Shown: positions 11,491 to 23,730 of the stretch, in pieces
Layout: every line of letters begins with the position of its first letter
Numbering within the stretch: position 1 is the stretch's first letter
Assembly: GCF_004010195.1 (NCBI RefSeq)
Contig: NC_057752.1
Span: forward strand, 10,138,247 to 10,202,246
Direction: 5' to 3'
DNA: 64,000 nucleotides
DNA from: Chiloscyllium plagiosum
Lineage: Eukaryota
Translations under genes and position numbers: made by a program
The notes under the pieces: model-generated
What the model saw: only the letters and a program-made list of their open reading frames with translations
Database searches by the model: none
What the model was told of the DNA's origin: nothing

Positions 11491-12203
11491 TGGTTACAGC
11501 ACAGGAGACCATTCAATTGTGGTTCCTGCTGGCATTCAGCACTAGCTACTCAGCCACGTGATAGACTGCATGCCACACCCAGGGCATTAATAGATGTGAA
11601 GGATTCTGGTATCCAAGGACCTAGCTGTTGGAAGCCCCATCTAACTTCAGGCTGAAGAACAATCACTTCACCGTAATCATTTCCTATCTTTAAACCACCT
11701 TCATATTGTCTTTTTTCTGCCTGCTTTTCCCAAGTACCTTTTTGTATCCAGATATATTTAGTATTTAGTCCTGCCCTTGTTGAGCCAGTTCTCCATTCGC
11801 ATGCCCATTTTTGTGGCTGAATCTCACCACCCGTCTTTACTGTGATCTCTGGATTCAAGTCCATCCACAGGAAACCTAATTCAGACCTTATTGCAATCTC
11901 TTGTAATGCCTTAATACATTTCATTCTCAAGCTATTTGTGTCTTAATCCTGGCCTACCTTGATTATCTTTCCTTCAACTGCATCCTGGTTTCCAACCCCT
12001 TTATCTGAGTTTCAACCTGTAGCAGTCTAGGGCAAATATGCGGCATTCTTGCAATCTCCACGCGAGCAGATGTTGGTGTAAAGTACTTTGCTCAGAAAAT
12101 AAGCAGTGTTCTTGTGCACGCTGTGTCTTTTCACATGAACAGTGTGCTAGCTCCATTTCACTTGTTTGTGCTGGAGGAAGTGTCATCCAGACTATGACAA
12201 CTG

Positions 12204-12407
12204 CAATCAGTTCTTCTGCATTGCAGTGGTTACGTTCTTGTGTAACGCCATGTTACAGAAAAATCACGTATTAGAACTAGCGCTTAAAGTGTTGGAGCTG
12301 TAATCGTGTTACAGCCGACACATGTTTCTACAGCGTGAACTTTTAAAACAGCGTCCCCAGTTCGTCAATTTTATAACAGTGAATTGGCATTATAACAGAA
12401 CAACCTA
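12204..12407. mobile_element. Tc1/mariner-Tigger-like MITE nested in the Academ remnant
   Basis: Decayed ends ca(a)tcagttcttct... / ...ataacagaacaaccta(ta), internal gttac/gtaac palindromes; interrupts the Academ coding sequence. Confidence 0.5.
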
Positions 12408-12477
12408 TAGTCATTTTCTCATTTCCATGCTTTGTCCTTTGGAGATAAGATTTCTGGCATGTTCTGAAAGTATTGTT

Positions 12478-12815
12478 CATAGAATCCATCGTGTGGAAAC
12501 AGGCCACTCGGCCCAACAAGTCCACACCGACCCTCCAAAGAGTATCCTATCCAGACCAATTCCCTACTAATTTACATTTCCCATGACTAATGCACCTAAC
12601 CTATACATCCTGGAACACTATGGGCAATTTAGCATAGCCAATTCACCTGACCTGCACATCTTTGGTTTGTGGGAGGAAACCGGAGCACCCGGAGGAAACC
12701 CACGCAGACACAGGGAGAATGTGCAAACTCCACACAGACAGTGACCCGAGGCAGAAATTGAACCTGGGTCCCTGGCGCTGTGAGGTAGTAGTGCTAACCA
12801 CTAGGCCGCTGTGCC
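12478..12815 (-). mobile_element. HE1-type V-SINE nested in the Academ remnant
   Basis: Same body as the other copies (ggaggaaaccggagcacccggaggaaacccacgcagacac). Confidence 0.9.
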
Positions 12816-15800
12816 TTGCAGAGTAGGATTTGGCAGAATGTGTCATGAAACTTTGGTGGCAAGCGCTTCTCTGCGCAGCGTCCAGTTCCGACCATTTGAC
12901 ACCTGGCTTGGTTCACATCTTGTCATCCGACCTGCCTCTTGCGTTAACAGCATATGCCTCTAGTTCACAGACAGAATGCAAAACAGAAAATTATATCCCT
13001 ACCTTATCAGATGTTGCCCAGTGCTTTTTGCTTGTGATCAGGACCTTTCTTCATTTCACCTTTCCCATTCCATGCAGCACACAGACTGAGTCACATTCTG
13101 AGAAATGGTGTAACCCAATGAGAGCAGCATGCATACTGTACTTGTGATCAAAGATGTGATGAACATTAATTGCATGCGTGTTGTTTCTTCTTTCTGAATA
13201 AAATTAGAGTTTAGCATCAAGGTTCTTGCGAAATGCCAAACATACTCTAAAAGGTATCAATGTCAGCACTGTTTATGATGACATGCTCATGGGAACTGCT
13301 GCAAATGCACTGAAGGCAGTAGGTGTATGTGGGCTTCTTGGTTGGAGAACAATGCTGGGATTGGCACCACTTCCAGAGCTGTGGTATTAACATTCTGACG
13401 AAAAGCATAACATTCACTTCTGTGTCCAACAAAGAAAATTCATGACATCGATGATCTCTTCTGCAGGTGTGCAGCCATGCATCATCTTTCATAATGTTAC
13501 TTAAGTAGCTTTTCCTTCAAGAGAACTGAAAGAAATTTTGTCCACTGTTTTGAGATTTTATGGTCAGGAACCAAAACGTTTGAGACTTGCTTTCCTCCAG
13601 CTAACACCTGCTCCTTTGAACATTCCTAATGTTGATCTTCCTTGCATCTGTCTGGTATGCAGACTCTCTTGACTTGTCCATTTTGGGTTGTCTCACAAGA
13701 ACTCTTAGCATTTGGTAAGTAGACTATCTGAATGTTGATTCTGGTTTTGTGACTCAAATCAATACCGTAGCAACCCATACTTATGTTGAATCACTTGGAG
13801 ATGACTGACCCCTGAAGAAAATGTGAAAGCTTTGCTTTGTTTGTCTTGATCAGGGATCAATCCATCATAATGGGTTAGAGGTGAGGGTAACATTCCCATT
13901 GTATATACCAAGGTCTCATTGTCCACTTTCTCACTGCTCCAACAGCCTAGCAAATAAGTTATGATCAGTTTTCAGTGCAATTTCCCTGCCTTTCAGTTAC
14001 TGTACATTTTTCTGTGTCCTTGAAAGTCTTCAATTTCATCTTCTTGACAGGATTATGAGAGCTGACATCTTTAGTGTTGTTACTTCTGACAAAAAGCCAT
14101 GAATACCTCCTGTCCCTTTTCCTTGACCTCTTGAAGATCCCTGACTTTAATGCTACTGCAACTTGGTGCAGTCTTTTTCTAAGAATTAACCATGTTTTGA
14201 ATGATGACCATGATGACATTCCTCTCATTTTTCTCATCCTGTTCTCTTGCTCAAATCAATGCGCAATTCCACTGATGTTCTGTAACTGGCTAATCTTGAT
14301 AGTTTCTGCTTCAAACAGCTCCCTTGAGCTGTGATGAGGTCCATCATTATGCTGCTGTCAACCCTTCCTTTTGTCTTGGAGCCATGATTGCCTCTTTGTT
14401 CAATAACTTGGTAGCATGCAGTCTGAGAGAAGTCAGCCTTTTTCTGTCAGGGCATCAGATTGTCTTACTTCTATTTCTGCATCAATATGTGGATGAATAT
14501 CTTTTGAGCCCATATGCTGAAAGATGCACAGTATAGTTGACTTGGTCAGAAGCAAAATAACATAGCAACATGGAGGGAACACTTGAAAGATGAAGATTCC
14601 ACTGGCTACCCCGTTTGCTCTAATATACAGCAGCAGTTCTTCTACTATATCGATGTAACTGCTCAGGAACTGAGAAAGCCATGCTGTTTTTGCTATTGTT
14701 AAACAATTTGTCGCAAACAGTAAGTGTCTGGAATCTCCCGCTGTGGAGAATGTCATCAAAATTATCACTGGGACGACAGCCTGAAATTCAAGTGCTAGAC
14801 TGGAAGTCGGGTCTTGCTCATCATCGAGTAGAATGTAAATGTAAGTCTGCCATCTCGGTCTCTAAAGCTTTAATAACAACCTGGCATGCTTGCGTTGTAA
14901 TGATGGCCACTTAAAATACTATTGTCAGAACCCACCATAATCAGTTTGAATTTGATGATAGCCTACAGACTGGCATCTGCAAATCTTTTTGCTAAAGCAA
15001 GGTATAAATGCCATTGCAGTGTGAAGCTTTCCCCATTGGAAGACGAGTTCCTTGCAAGCATTGGACATTCCTGCAATGAAATCTCCTGGGCGTTTGTGTA
15101 GGTTGCCTGGAACATTACTACAGCACTCTCAGCCAGTCTACATTTGTTTACAGCATCAAAACCTTGCTTCAAGATTATGCTGAGTATATTGAGCTCATTC
15201 GGACTGGCATCTATAACTGGGAGGTATCCAGTGTTTGATTTCTGTGGCATTGGAGTTCTATGAAGCAGGGTATTGAAGCCAGTTCGTTCAGGCAAAGCAT
15301 TGTATTCATTTCTGAAAACTGAGGAAGTAAACTCATCTTTGGATGGGCATGTGATTTTTCAAACCCTTTCTGTCCTATCTTATCAAAATCTGTGCAATTG
15401 TTTATTCCCCACTAGACAAATCAATATTTGCAGTAGAGTCGAATGGTTGTATGGATTTAGTTTGTATACTTTTCTTTAGGTACTTCTGGTTGCTTTGCTG
15501 TGGCTGACTCATCCCTTTGAATGATTATGCTATTTGTGTTCAGACTTGTGCCCTTTCCTGACAATATCTGCCCACAGTATTTGCTTGATGCAGTTGAGAA
15601 AAAGAGCATTGAGAAATTCAGTGGCAGCTTGGTAAAGTTAACTGTTTGATTAAAAACTGAATTTTTTTTTGTCAGTGATGAAATGCATGGGAGCTGTCAG
15701 AAGTCCTGGGGATTCAACTGTTAAGGTGCGAGCAATCATTGAGGCAGTTAGAGTCTGAGAGGCTTTGAAGGAGTTCCAAAGCTAGATCTTTAGCAATGAA

Positions 15801-17693
15801 GAATTTGAATCCCTTGCAAAGGTGATAGAGCTTTAATGGGAATTGAGGAGGCATGTTGTCACTAACATCTGGTGGTGTCTACCTTGACCGCATCGGTCAT
15901 TTTAAGTGCATTTATCCCTATGGGATATTAGACTGCAGTTTGTCTGTTAGTCATTTACATTGTTAATCATGAGCATCTAAGTTTTTTTTATACATAGTTT
16001 ACATGCTTTAGAATCATTATCTTCCCTGTTCGGTATACCTACTTAGTCATTCTTCCTGTGTTTGTTTTATAGAGTAAAGGTTTTGTTTTGGGTTTCACTT
16101 CAACCTTGGTTCTCCCATGCATTCTATTCTTTAAAAGATTGTATGAAGTCAGCTCATAACAAAGATCCAGCTTGTCCAGTATGCTCCGAACTGGGATCAT
16201 TATGCTATTCTTTGTTTGAGAAATTAGGTCTTGCAAAGGAAGCGTTGATATCCTCTTTCTGCACGATGCATTTCTAAAAGGAACTGTTTGGTTTTGTCAT
16301 TCTAAGAACCTCTGGTTCTTTACAACCTTTCCCTCGATAACCACATCACAAGTGCAGAGGTTGCTTTTTGCAGGGTGGTCATGTTGCTTTTTGGTAACAA
16401 ACATTTGTATATTTCAGATAGTGGCTGAGATGATATCTCTCTTCAGGAGTGACAAGATCTTCTCCACAAATGAGTAACAAGATTGCTTCATCTTTGCATC
16501 TCAATACTGAGAGGAACAGCATACCTGCCATTGTGGTCTCGCATTGTATCACCCCCTCTTTTGGTCTCCACAATGTTTGTCTGTCTTGCCAAGAAAGCAC
16601 AGCAAAGATGGGAATGCCTTGCAGGTATTCCCTTGTTATTGGTCATGTTTGAACAAAGCTGTCGAACCTTAGTGATGGCTTCACTCCTCTCTGCTTTGGT
16701 TCTGCTTCAGCCAAACGAAAATGAAAAGTTAAGCTTTTAAAAAGTCAAGAAGTGGAGTGCAGATAGGGAATGAGGAGTCAGAGCATCAGAAAGAGAGAAT
16801 GTAAATGGATGTGATCGACATTATTAATGATTCACCCAAAATGTTGCTTTTGGCATTTTTGTCGGAATGTAGCGATGCAGGCACTATTCCATTGCGTTTT
16901 GGATGACTGCAAATCATGGTGCAATCATCAGCACCAAATCTAAACTTCCATTTGCCTTTTCAGCCTTTGCGTCTCTTGTTCCAGTGAAATTATTGAACAC
17001 TGGCGAAAATGTTGCTCAACTGCAATCTGAGAACGGAATTGATCCTTTGGCATTGATGACAACATATGTAAAGCAAACCATTTCTCGGGAGCAATAGGAA
17101 CAGAAAAGGCGGGACCTCAGACATTACTTCTCTTTCTGTCTTCACAGATGCTGCTTATTTCTAGCATTTTCTGCTTTTATTTCAGATTTCCAGCAATAGT
17201 TTGCTTTATTGACTGTTTTGTAGTACAGATAACATTGGCTAATTTTTGCGTAACTGTCACATGCATCAGTTGTGATTGGTAATAAAATTTGCTATCACTT
17301 ACATCATCACTAGATTTTTGCATGATTTTTGTATGTTTCTCAATCATATTTACTCACTGTTTGAAGACAGGAGCGTTGATTTTTGTGATGTGGTTTCTAA
17401 GTTTGCATTGTTATTTAAAGTGCTTCCAAAGTGGAGACAGTGAACATGAATTGTTTTGACTTGTGTTCATACAGGTATCTACCTCCAAGCAGCACCACAA
17501 GCCGTTCTGCAGTGTCATTTAGAGCTGCATACTAGTTGGAGAATGAGGTGCACGTGCGGGATTCCTGCATTGCATAGTGGTCACCCATTGCCCCTCTGCC
17601 TGCATGATCTTAAACAGCCAGGTTCTTGCAGTGCTCTTTCGTCACATTTTTTTAACTTTCTGTGCTTTTTCTATCTTCTGCTGACTCCCTCAG

Positions 17694-17938
17694 ACTTGCT
17701 GTCTGTCTCCGCTGATTCCCTGCCTTTAACTCTGGGACTCTGACATTCTTTCTCCTCGGGTTCTCTCTTGACTGCTGGACAAAGTCTCGGGAGTCCGAAG
17801 TTGAGTTGCTGTCTGAAGGATTCCTAGCTCTCCCTCTGCTCTCGCGCTGTTTTTAGCACTAGCACTAACATTATCACGCATGCACAAGCATCCACAATAA
17901 ATGTTGCCTTGCTTGTGAACCTGTAGCCAAAGAACAAA
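17694..17938 (+). other. Candidate non-coding 5'UTR exon of the ZNF148-like gene
   Basis: Non-repetitive sequence bounded by tttaac + polypyrimidine tract + cag (17651-17693) and AAA|gtaaga (17939), ~400 bp upstream of the first coding exon. Splice signals only. Confidence 0.3.
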
Positions 17939-18345
17939 GTAAGACTTCGGTGAGGAGGCAGGGACACTGTCAACTATGAGACCATATCCAAGCATGCATC
18001 CGTCCCTTACTGGGAGAAAATTCAAAGAAAGCTTTGTCCGGTTTATAAAAAAAAAATCAGAGGATGCGGGTGTTGCTGGCTAGGCCAGTATTTAATACCC
18101 ATCTCTAATTGTCCTCGAGAAGGTGGTATTGAGCTGTCGTGTTGAACTGCTGCAGTACATGTACTGCTTCAGTACCAGACATAAGGAACAGACAATGCTT
18201 TATATTTTGTTGTATTTCTCTGCACTCATCTTGCTGTCGGTTGAACTGGTCCTTCACTTGACCATTCAACTCTCTGTATGTGCGGTTTAGTTTCTCCGCA
18301 AAGTGATCTCTAATGATTGTACTTCTTTTGCAGTATTCTAGCCAG

Positions 18346-18675
18346 ATGAGCAGGGTGGATGGAATTTCCGATCTTCCCAGTGTCCCAGTAGGGGGACAAC
18401 AACCCCTCCTCGAGTATGGGAGAGCTCCTCAACAGGCATCTCTTGTTGACAATGCCATGTTACAAGACAACGCCAGTGAAGTTGGAATCTTGCAGGATAG
18501 CTCTGTAAGTCACGAAATGGTGGGTTCTCACCGCCTCCTCCAGAGCGGAACAATTAGCCATCAAGGAATGATAAGTAGCAGTGACCCAATGACTCAGACC
18601 ACGTTGAGAAGTGCAGATGGACCAGACAGTCATGCTCCTGTTACTGTAACACAGAGTTTACCCTGTGCACCTCAA
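18346..18675 (+). CDS. ZNF148: ZNF148-like zinc finger gene, first coding exon (exon starts 18334, ATG 18346; 110 codons MSRVDG...LPCAPQ)
   Basis: Branch-like CTAAT plus acceptor ttcttttgcag ending 18333; donor CAA|gtaagt at 18676, phase 0. Peptide LQDSSVSHEMVGSHRLLQ..HQGMIS resembles the ZNF148 N-terminal LQDRSMPHQEIL..QQDMIS segment (recalled). Joins the next exon in frame. Confidence 0.8.
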
Positions 18676-18779
18676 GTAAGTGCCATTTCTCAAAAACTCT
18701 CTTAAAGAGCCTTGGGAGTCCCAAGTATGCAAATCATAAAAAGCTAATAGATTGATTTGTGAATTGACCAAAAAGGCAG

Positions 18780-19672
18780 TCGTCTTCGCCTCCATGCCCA
18801 TTTCTTTGGACAAGGGTCCTCTCCCTGCCATGTCGAGCCTTTCACCTGACTCCAATATTCCTGTCCCACCTGGACCCCTCCCTCTGGCCGTTCACTGGCA
18901 TTTTATCTCTTCTTTAAGAACTGCTGATGTGACATTGGTTGCCTTAATTTCTCTGCTCCCCTCACTCACTCAAACTCGTCTACCTATGAGCTTGCTGCAC
19001 TCCATTCTCTCAGGTCCAGCCTCTATCCTGTTTTCAAACTGCCAATAAGGGTGCGATTGTCTTTTGGTGTGCAGACTTCTAACTGGCAGAGGCTGAACTC
19101 CAGCTCTCAGACACTTGCTCCTATCTACCTCTGGACCGTGACCCCATCACTGAACACCAAGCTGTTGTTTCCAGGACTGTCATGGACCTCATCCCTTTAT
19201 GGAGATCTCCCCTCCACAGCTTCCCATCTCTCAGTTCCCCCAACCGTGCCTGGCCTGTTTCTCCATTCTTCCCAAAATCCACAAACAGGACTGCCCAGGC
19301 AGACCCATTGGTTCAGCCTATTACTCTCGCACTGGACTTTTTTCCTATCTTGAGCCTATTCACCGCCCAACGGTGCGGTCTGTTCCACATAAATCCATAA
19401 TATTTTCCCTAATTGATAGGCCGGTAGTGGGAATGTCATTGATGATTGCACAATGCTTAGTTCCATTTGTGGTTCCTTGTATTGATGTAGTCTGTGCCCG
19501 CAAACCCTGGATAGAGGCTGAACTCCAGCTCTCAGACACTTGCTCCTATCTACCTCTGGACCGTGACCCCATCACTGAACACCAAGCTGTTGTTTCCAGG
19601 ACTGTCATGGACCTCATCCCTTTATGGAGATCTCCCCTCCACAGCTTCCCATCTCTCAGTTCCCCCAACCGT
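18780..19672 (+). mobile_element. Decayed Penelope-like RT N-terminal fragment with a 160-bp exact duplication
   Basis: LPKIHKQDCPGRPI and QLSDTCSYLPLDRDP peptides are typical of PLE RT. Confidence 0.7.
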
Positions 19673-20951
19673 TTGATTGGATAGATGGTAGCATTAGCAG
19701 TAATACTACTGGACTAGTAATCCAGGCAGCTAGGCTGATGCTCTGGGGATAAGTTCACATCCCTCCATGGTAGCTAGGAGAATTTTAAAATCAATTAATT
19801 TATAGGTCTGGAATAAAAGATTTGTCTCTGTAATAATGACCAGCTAATAGGAAAGAGTTTTCCTGCCTTAACTTAGCTTGTCGTGATCTTGTATACCTTT
19901 TATCAAATCTCCCCTCTTTCACCAAGGATAACAGCCCTCGCCTTCCCAACCTAACTGTGTAACTAAAATATCCCATTCTTAAACCAGTGTGGTAAATCAC
20001 AAAAGGTTTTAATGTAAACTTACTGAGCCAAAATGACAGTTGATTTATTTTCCCTGTAAAGCATTTTAAGTAATTTGATTGGTTGTATAAATGATGATAA
20101 AATTGTGAATGTCAGTGTGCAGTTTGCCTGTCACAAAGGGCAGCATGTTCCTATTTTGGGGCTGGCAGTCTCGACCTTATGAATGGTTACATTGGCACTT
20201 TAACTTTAAATGTAACATGGCTGAAATTCAAGACCTAGGAAGTAAAGTGTGTGGGTAAGCAAAATGTTTATTACTGTACAGGTATGCCTTCTAAACCAAG
20301 CTTCTATGTGATACCTTAGGATTATCAACTTAATCAGAATGATGGCATTGGGGGAATATATTTGATGTAATAATCTTTTTAAGAGTAATAGATTTGTCAT
20401 CTTACAAAATGCCTGATCAGTTAACTAATAAAGTTCTCATCGGTCTGCCTTTATTGGTCAGGGCATGGAGTACAAGAATCAGGAAGTGGTGTTGTGGCTT
20501 TATAAACTTTGATTAGGCTGCACTTCGGGTTTTGCATCGAATTCTGGCTGCCACATTACAGGAAGGATGTGGAGGCTTCGGAGAGGGTGCTGAAGAGGTT
20601 TACCAGGACGCTGCCTGAATTAGAGGGTATGAACTATAAGGAGAGGCTGGAAAAATTAGGGGTGTCTTCGCTGGAGCGGCAGAAGTTGAGGGGAGACCTG
20701 ACAGAAGTTTATAAACTTCTGAGAGGCAAAAGTAGGGTTGACAGCCAGAATTGTTTTTCCCCAGAGTTGAAGTGTCTAATGCTCGGGGGGCATACATTTA
20801 CAGTATGAGGGGGAAAGTTCAGAGGAGGTGGGAGGTGGCAAGTTTTTTACACAAAGTGTGGTTAGGTGCCTGGAATGCACTGCCAGGGGTAGTGGTGGAA
20901 GTAGATATAATAGGGGCATTTTAAGGGGCTTTTTGAAATGCATATCTATAA

Positions 20952-21126
20952 CTGGAAAAGCGCAGCAGGTCAGGCAGCATCCAAGGAGCAGGAAGGGCTT
21001 CTTCCTGAAGAAGGGCTCACGCCCGAAACGTCGATTCTCCTGCTCGTTGGATGCTGCCTGACCTGCGCTTTTCCAGCAACACATTTTCAGCTCTGATCTC
21101 CAGCATCTGCAGTCCTCACTTTCTCC
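20952..21126 (+). mobile_element. Penelope solo pLTR with inverted 5' arm
   Basis: Perfect 14-bp TSD atgcatatctataa (20938-20951 / 21127-21140); 20952-20992 is the reverse complement of ~21037-21076. Confidence 0.9.
21001..21036 (+). ncRNA. Minimal type I hammerhead ribozyme motif (Penelope family A)
   Basis: ttc-CTGAAGA-a-GGGC(tcac)GCCC-GAAACGTC-ga; palindromic ACGT stem III, GUC cleavage triplet. Confidence 0.7.
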
Positions 21127-21221
21127 ATGCATATCTATAAGCAAGGAATGGAGGGATATGGACCATGGGCAGGCAGAAAGGATTAGTTTAATTTGGCAAG
21201 ATGTTTAGCACAGCATCATCA

Positions 21222-21800
21222 TTGGCCATTTCACCAGGGGAACCTCCTTGCTGTTTGAATAATTCCATTGGATGTTTTACTTCTGCCTGAGAGAAAAGTT
21301 GAGACTTCAGTTTAACATCTCATCTGAAAGTTGCCACCTGTGACAGTGTAACAGTCCTTCGTGTGATACTGGGGTGGCACGGTGGCTCAGTGGTTTGCAC
21401 TGCTGCCTCGCAGCCCCAGAGACCCATGTTCGAATCCAGCCTTGGGTGACTGTCTGTGTGGAGTTTGCCACATTCTCCCTGTGCCAGCATGGGTTTACTG
21501 CAGGTGCTCTGGTTTCCTCCCACCATCCGAAGATGTGCAGGTTAGGTGAACTGGCCATGGGAAATTGCCCATAGTCTACATGGCTGTGTAGGTTAGATGC
21601 ATTAGGCAGGGGACATGTAGAATAGGGTAAGGGGATAGGCCTGGGTGGGTTACTCTTTGGAGGGTCAGTGTGGACTTGTTGGGCCAAGTGGCCTTTTACA
21701 CACTCTAGGGATTCTGTGGTGTTGCATGGATTACGAAGTTGCTGGAGTGGAGCTTGGATTAATGACTTTTTTACTCAGTGCTATCACTGAGCCACAGCTG
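21222..21800 (-). mobile_element. DeuSINE (SacSINE1-like) fragment split by an HE1 SINE at 21372-21715 (+)
   Basis: cagtttaacatctcatctgaaag...cacctgtgacagtg and ccattggatgttttac resemble the reverse of the Deu core; full HE1 body nested inside. Confidence 0.6.
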
Positions 21801-21940
21801 CCATTGTACACCAAGGGCATAGCAGTATCAATAGTGTAGAGAGCCACAGACTGGTCATGACTATTGTGTCCATTGTATTATATCACCTTGCGCTTGTTTT
21901 CTGTGAAACCTTCCTTATGTGTTATTTCTTCTCATCAAAG

Positions 21941-22138
21941 GTACTAGGGAAAAGCAGGGTGCTTGAAGGAGTTGAACAGCTTGATGGAAAGAAGCAGAGA
22001 GAACAAGATGACATAGAAAAATTGAGAGAAAATGAAAATCTTTTGAAGCTCGGAGAGAATGAAGAATTGCTGAAGCTCAGACAGCATGAAGAATTGATGA
22101 AGAAACAAAAGAGTAAAAAAATCCGCACTCCTTCCAAA
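21941..22138 (+). CDS. ZNF148: ZNF148-like coding exon 2 (198 nt, VLGKSR...KKQKSKKIRTPSK; basic region)
   Basis: Acceptor atttcttctcatcaaag ending 21940; donor AAA|gtaagt at 22139; phase 0/0. Ends in a basic motif matching ZNF148 KKKKRKQRSPAK. Confidence 0.85.
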
Positions 22139-22794
22139 GTAAGTTTTCAATGGTTTTTGTAAAGATTGTGGCCTGGAGTTTCTGCTTGGGATGTGATCGG
22201 GAGAATGCACTGAAAGTGGCACTGGTCTTGCGGAGGAGAAACTCCATGCAAGTCCTCTTTGCATAAGATTCTCATTTGCATTGGACCAAATTTAAGCCCT
22301 CGCTACAGGAACCAGCACAATCCAGCAGCAGTATTGAGCGTAATTATTGGGTCCTCAATATTACTGAATTCAGCTCATTTAATGAGAAACATTGGCCAAA
22401 AATTTACTGCAACTGAAGAAGTAGGCCCGTCAAGAGTTTCAATGGCTGTTGGTTACAGAATCAGTAGACTGAATTTGAATTCAGATTAATTTAATCATAT
22501 TATTGTGGCAACAGCCTGATGAGAAACTGACATGAGTGAAGCTACTGTTGATTGCTGGAGAGTGCAGATCAGGTCAGTAGCAAAGGATCTATGTGATCTG
22601 TGATTCTGGCTGCAATGTGATGAGCCATCCTTGGACAGGCACAGTTGGAGGAAACCTGTTGTGCTGACTGGGTGGAGTTGTGGGAGTTTGGGGGGTGGGG
22701 GGTGGATATGTGGTAAGTTTTGTGGGCAAAAACAATTCTGATAAGGGGATATTTGAAACTGAGTCAAAGGCCATGGAAATTATGGCATTAAGTC

Positions 22795-23730
22795 GTAATC
22801 ACAGAATCTTTTTAAGGTGCGGGAGGAGGCTATTCAGCTCATCTTGGCTTCAAAGGCTTTATAATCTATTCCGGCTCAATCATCTAGTGCTAATCTTCTG
22901 CCTTTTTCCCCCATATCTCTGCACATCTTTATTATCCAAAAAAAAACCATCCAATGCCCCCTTGAATGCCTCAATTGAACCTGCCTCCACCACATTTCGC
23001 TGTGTGAAAATGTTTCTTTTCATATTACCCTTCCTAATCTTGTTTCCTTTCTAAGCAGAAACAGCTTCACCCTATTAACTATGTCCACCCTGCTCATGAT
23101 TTAAAAAATCTCTATCAGACTCTTCTCAGCCGCCTTCTCTCCGTTCTGAAGGGTCTTCTTCAATTTCTCCTCATCGCTGAAGTTTCTTGTATGTGGAACC
23201 ATTCTAGTAAATCATTTCTGCACTCTCTCTAATCCATTCACATATTTCTTATAATGGGGGGGCCCATAACTGTATACAATCCTCCAGCTGAGGTCTAAAA
23301 AGTCTCTTGTATAAATTCAACATCACCTCCTTGTATTCTGTGCTCCATTAATAAAGCCGAGGACACTGTATACTTTATTGAACTCTCCGTCTGGCCTGTT
23401 ATCTTCAGTAATCTCTGCCCGTGGATGCACCGAGATCCCTGCGTTTCTGCACCTCCTTTAGAACTGAACCCTTGTATTGTCTTTCATTGTTCTTCCAAAG
23501 TGCATGATGTCACAATTCTCTGCATTGAATTTCATCTGCCACCTATCCGACCAATCTACCAACTTGTTGATGTCTAGTTGGAGTTCTGAACCATCCTTCT
23601 CGCAGTTAACAATTCTTACGTATTTTGTGTCATCTGCAAACTTGGAAATGGCCCCCTGCAAACCAAGATCAGGTCATTAATGTACATCAGGAAAAACAAG
23701 GGTCTCAATTCCAACCCCTGTGGAACTGCA
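22795..23730 (-). mobile_element. CR1 LINE RT to 3' end
   Basis: ORF 23458-23661 ISKFADDTK...WQMKFNAENC. Confidence 0.85.

Larger units (their letters stand above)
11995..17090 (-). mobile_element. Decayed Academ-type (AcademX) DNA transposon, transposase pseudogene
   Basis: Minus-strand motifs in order: DEAILLLICGEDLVTPEERYHLSHY (~16400-16500), GYLPVIDASPNEL..VVMFQATYTNAQEI (~15085-15230), GHHYN (~14900), VIINSADIDTF (~13260), ALIGLHHFSECDSV..HGMGK (~13060-13130; XPG/FEN1-like), WMTLPPA..ELAHCSC (~12130-12190; Cys-rich tail). TIRs not identified. Confidence 0.7.
20440..21215 (+). mobile_element. CR1 LINE 3' portion
   Basis: ORF 20509-20808 (FWLPHYRKDVEASERVLKRFTRTLPEL...LRGDLTEVYK). Confidence 0.85.

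Noticed and set aside
17110..17200. Strong-looking splice acceptor ctctttctgtcttcacag as a gene exon
   Set aside because: Sequence (cacagatgctg...agcattttctgcttttatttcagatttccagca) matches a Penelope pLTR tail like those at ~43060-43135 and ~44250-44300.
18313..18345. Upstream in-frame ATG at 18313 as the start codon
   Set aside because: It overlaps the branch point and polypyrimidine tract of the acceptor at 18333, so it is intronic; ATG 18346 is preferred.
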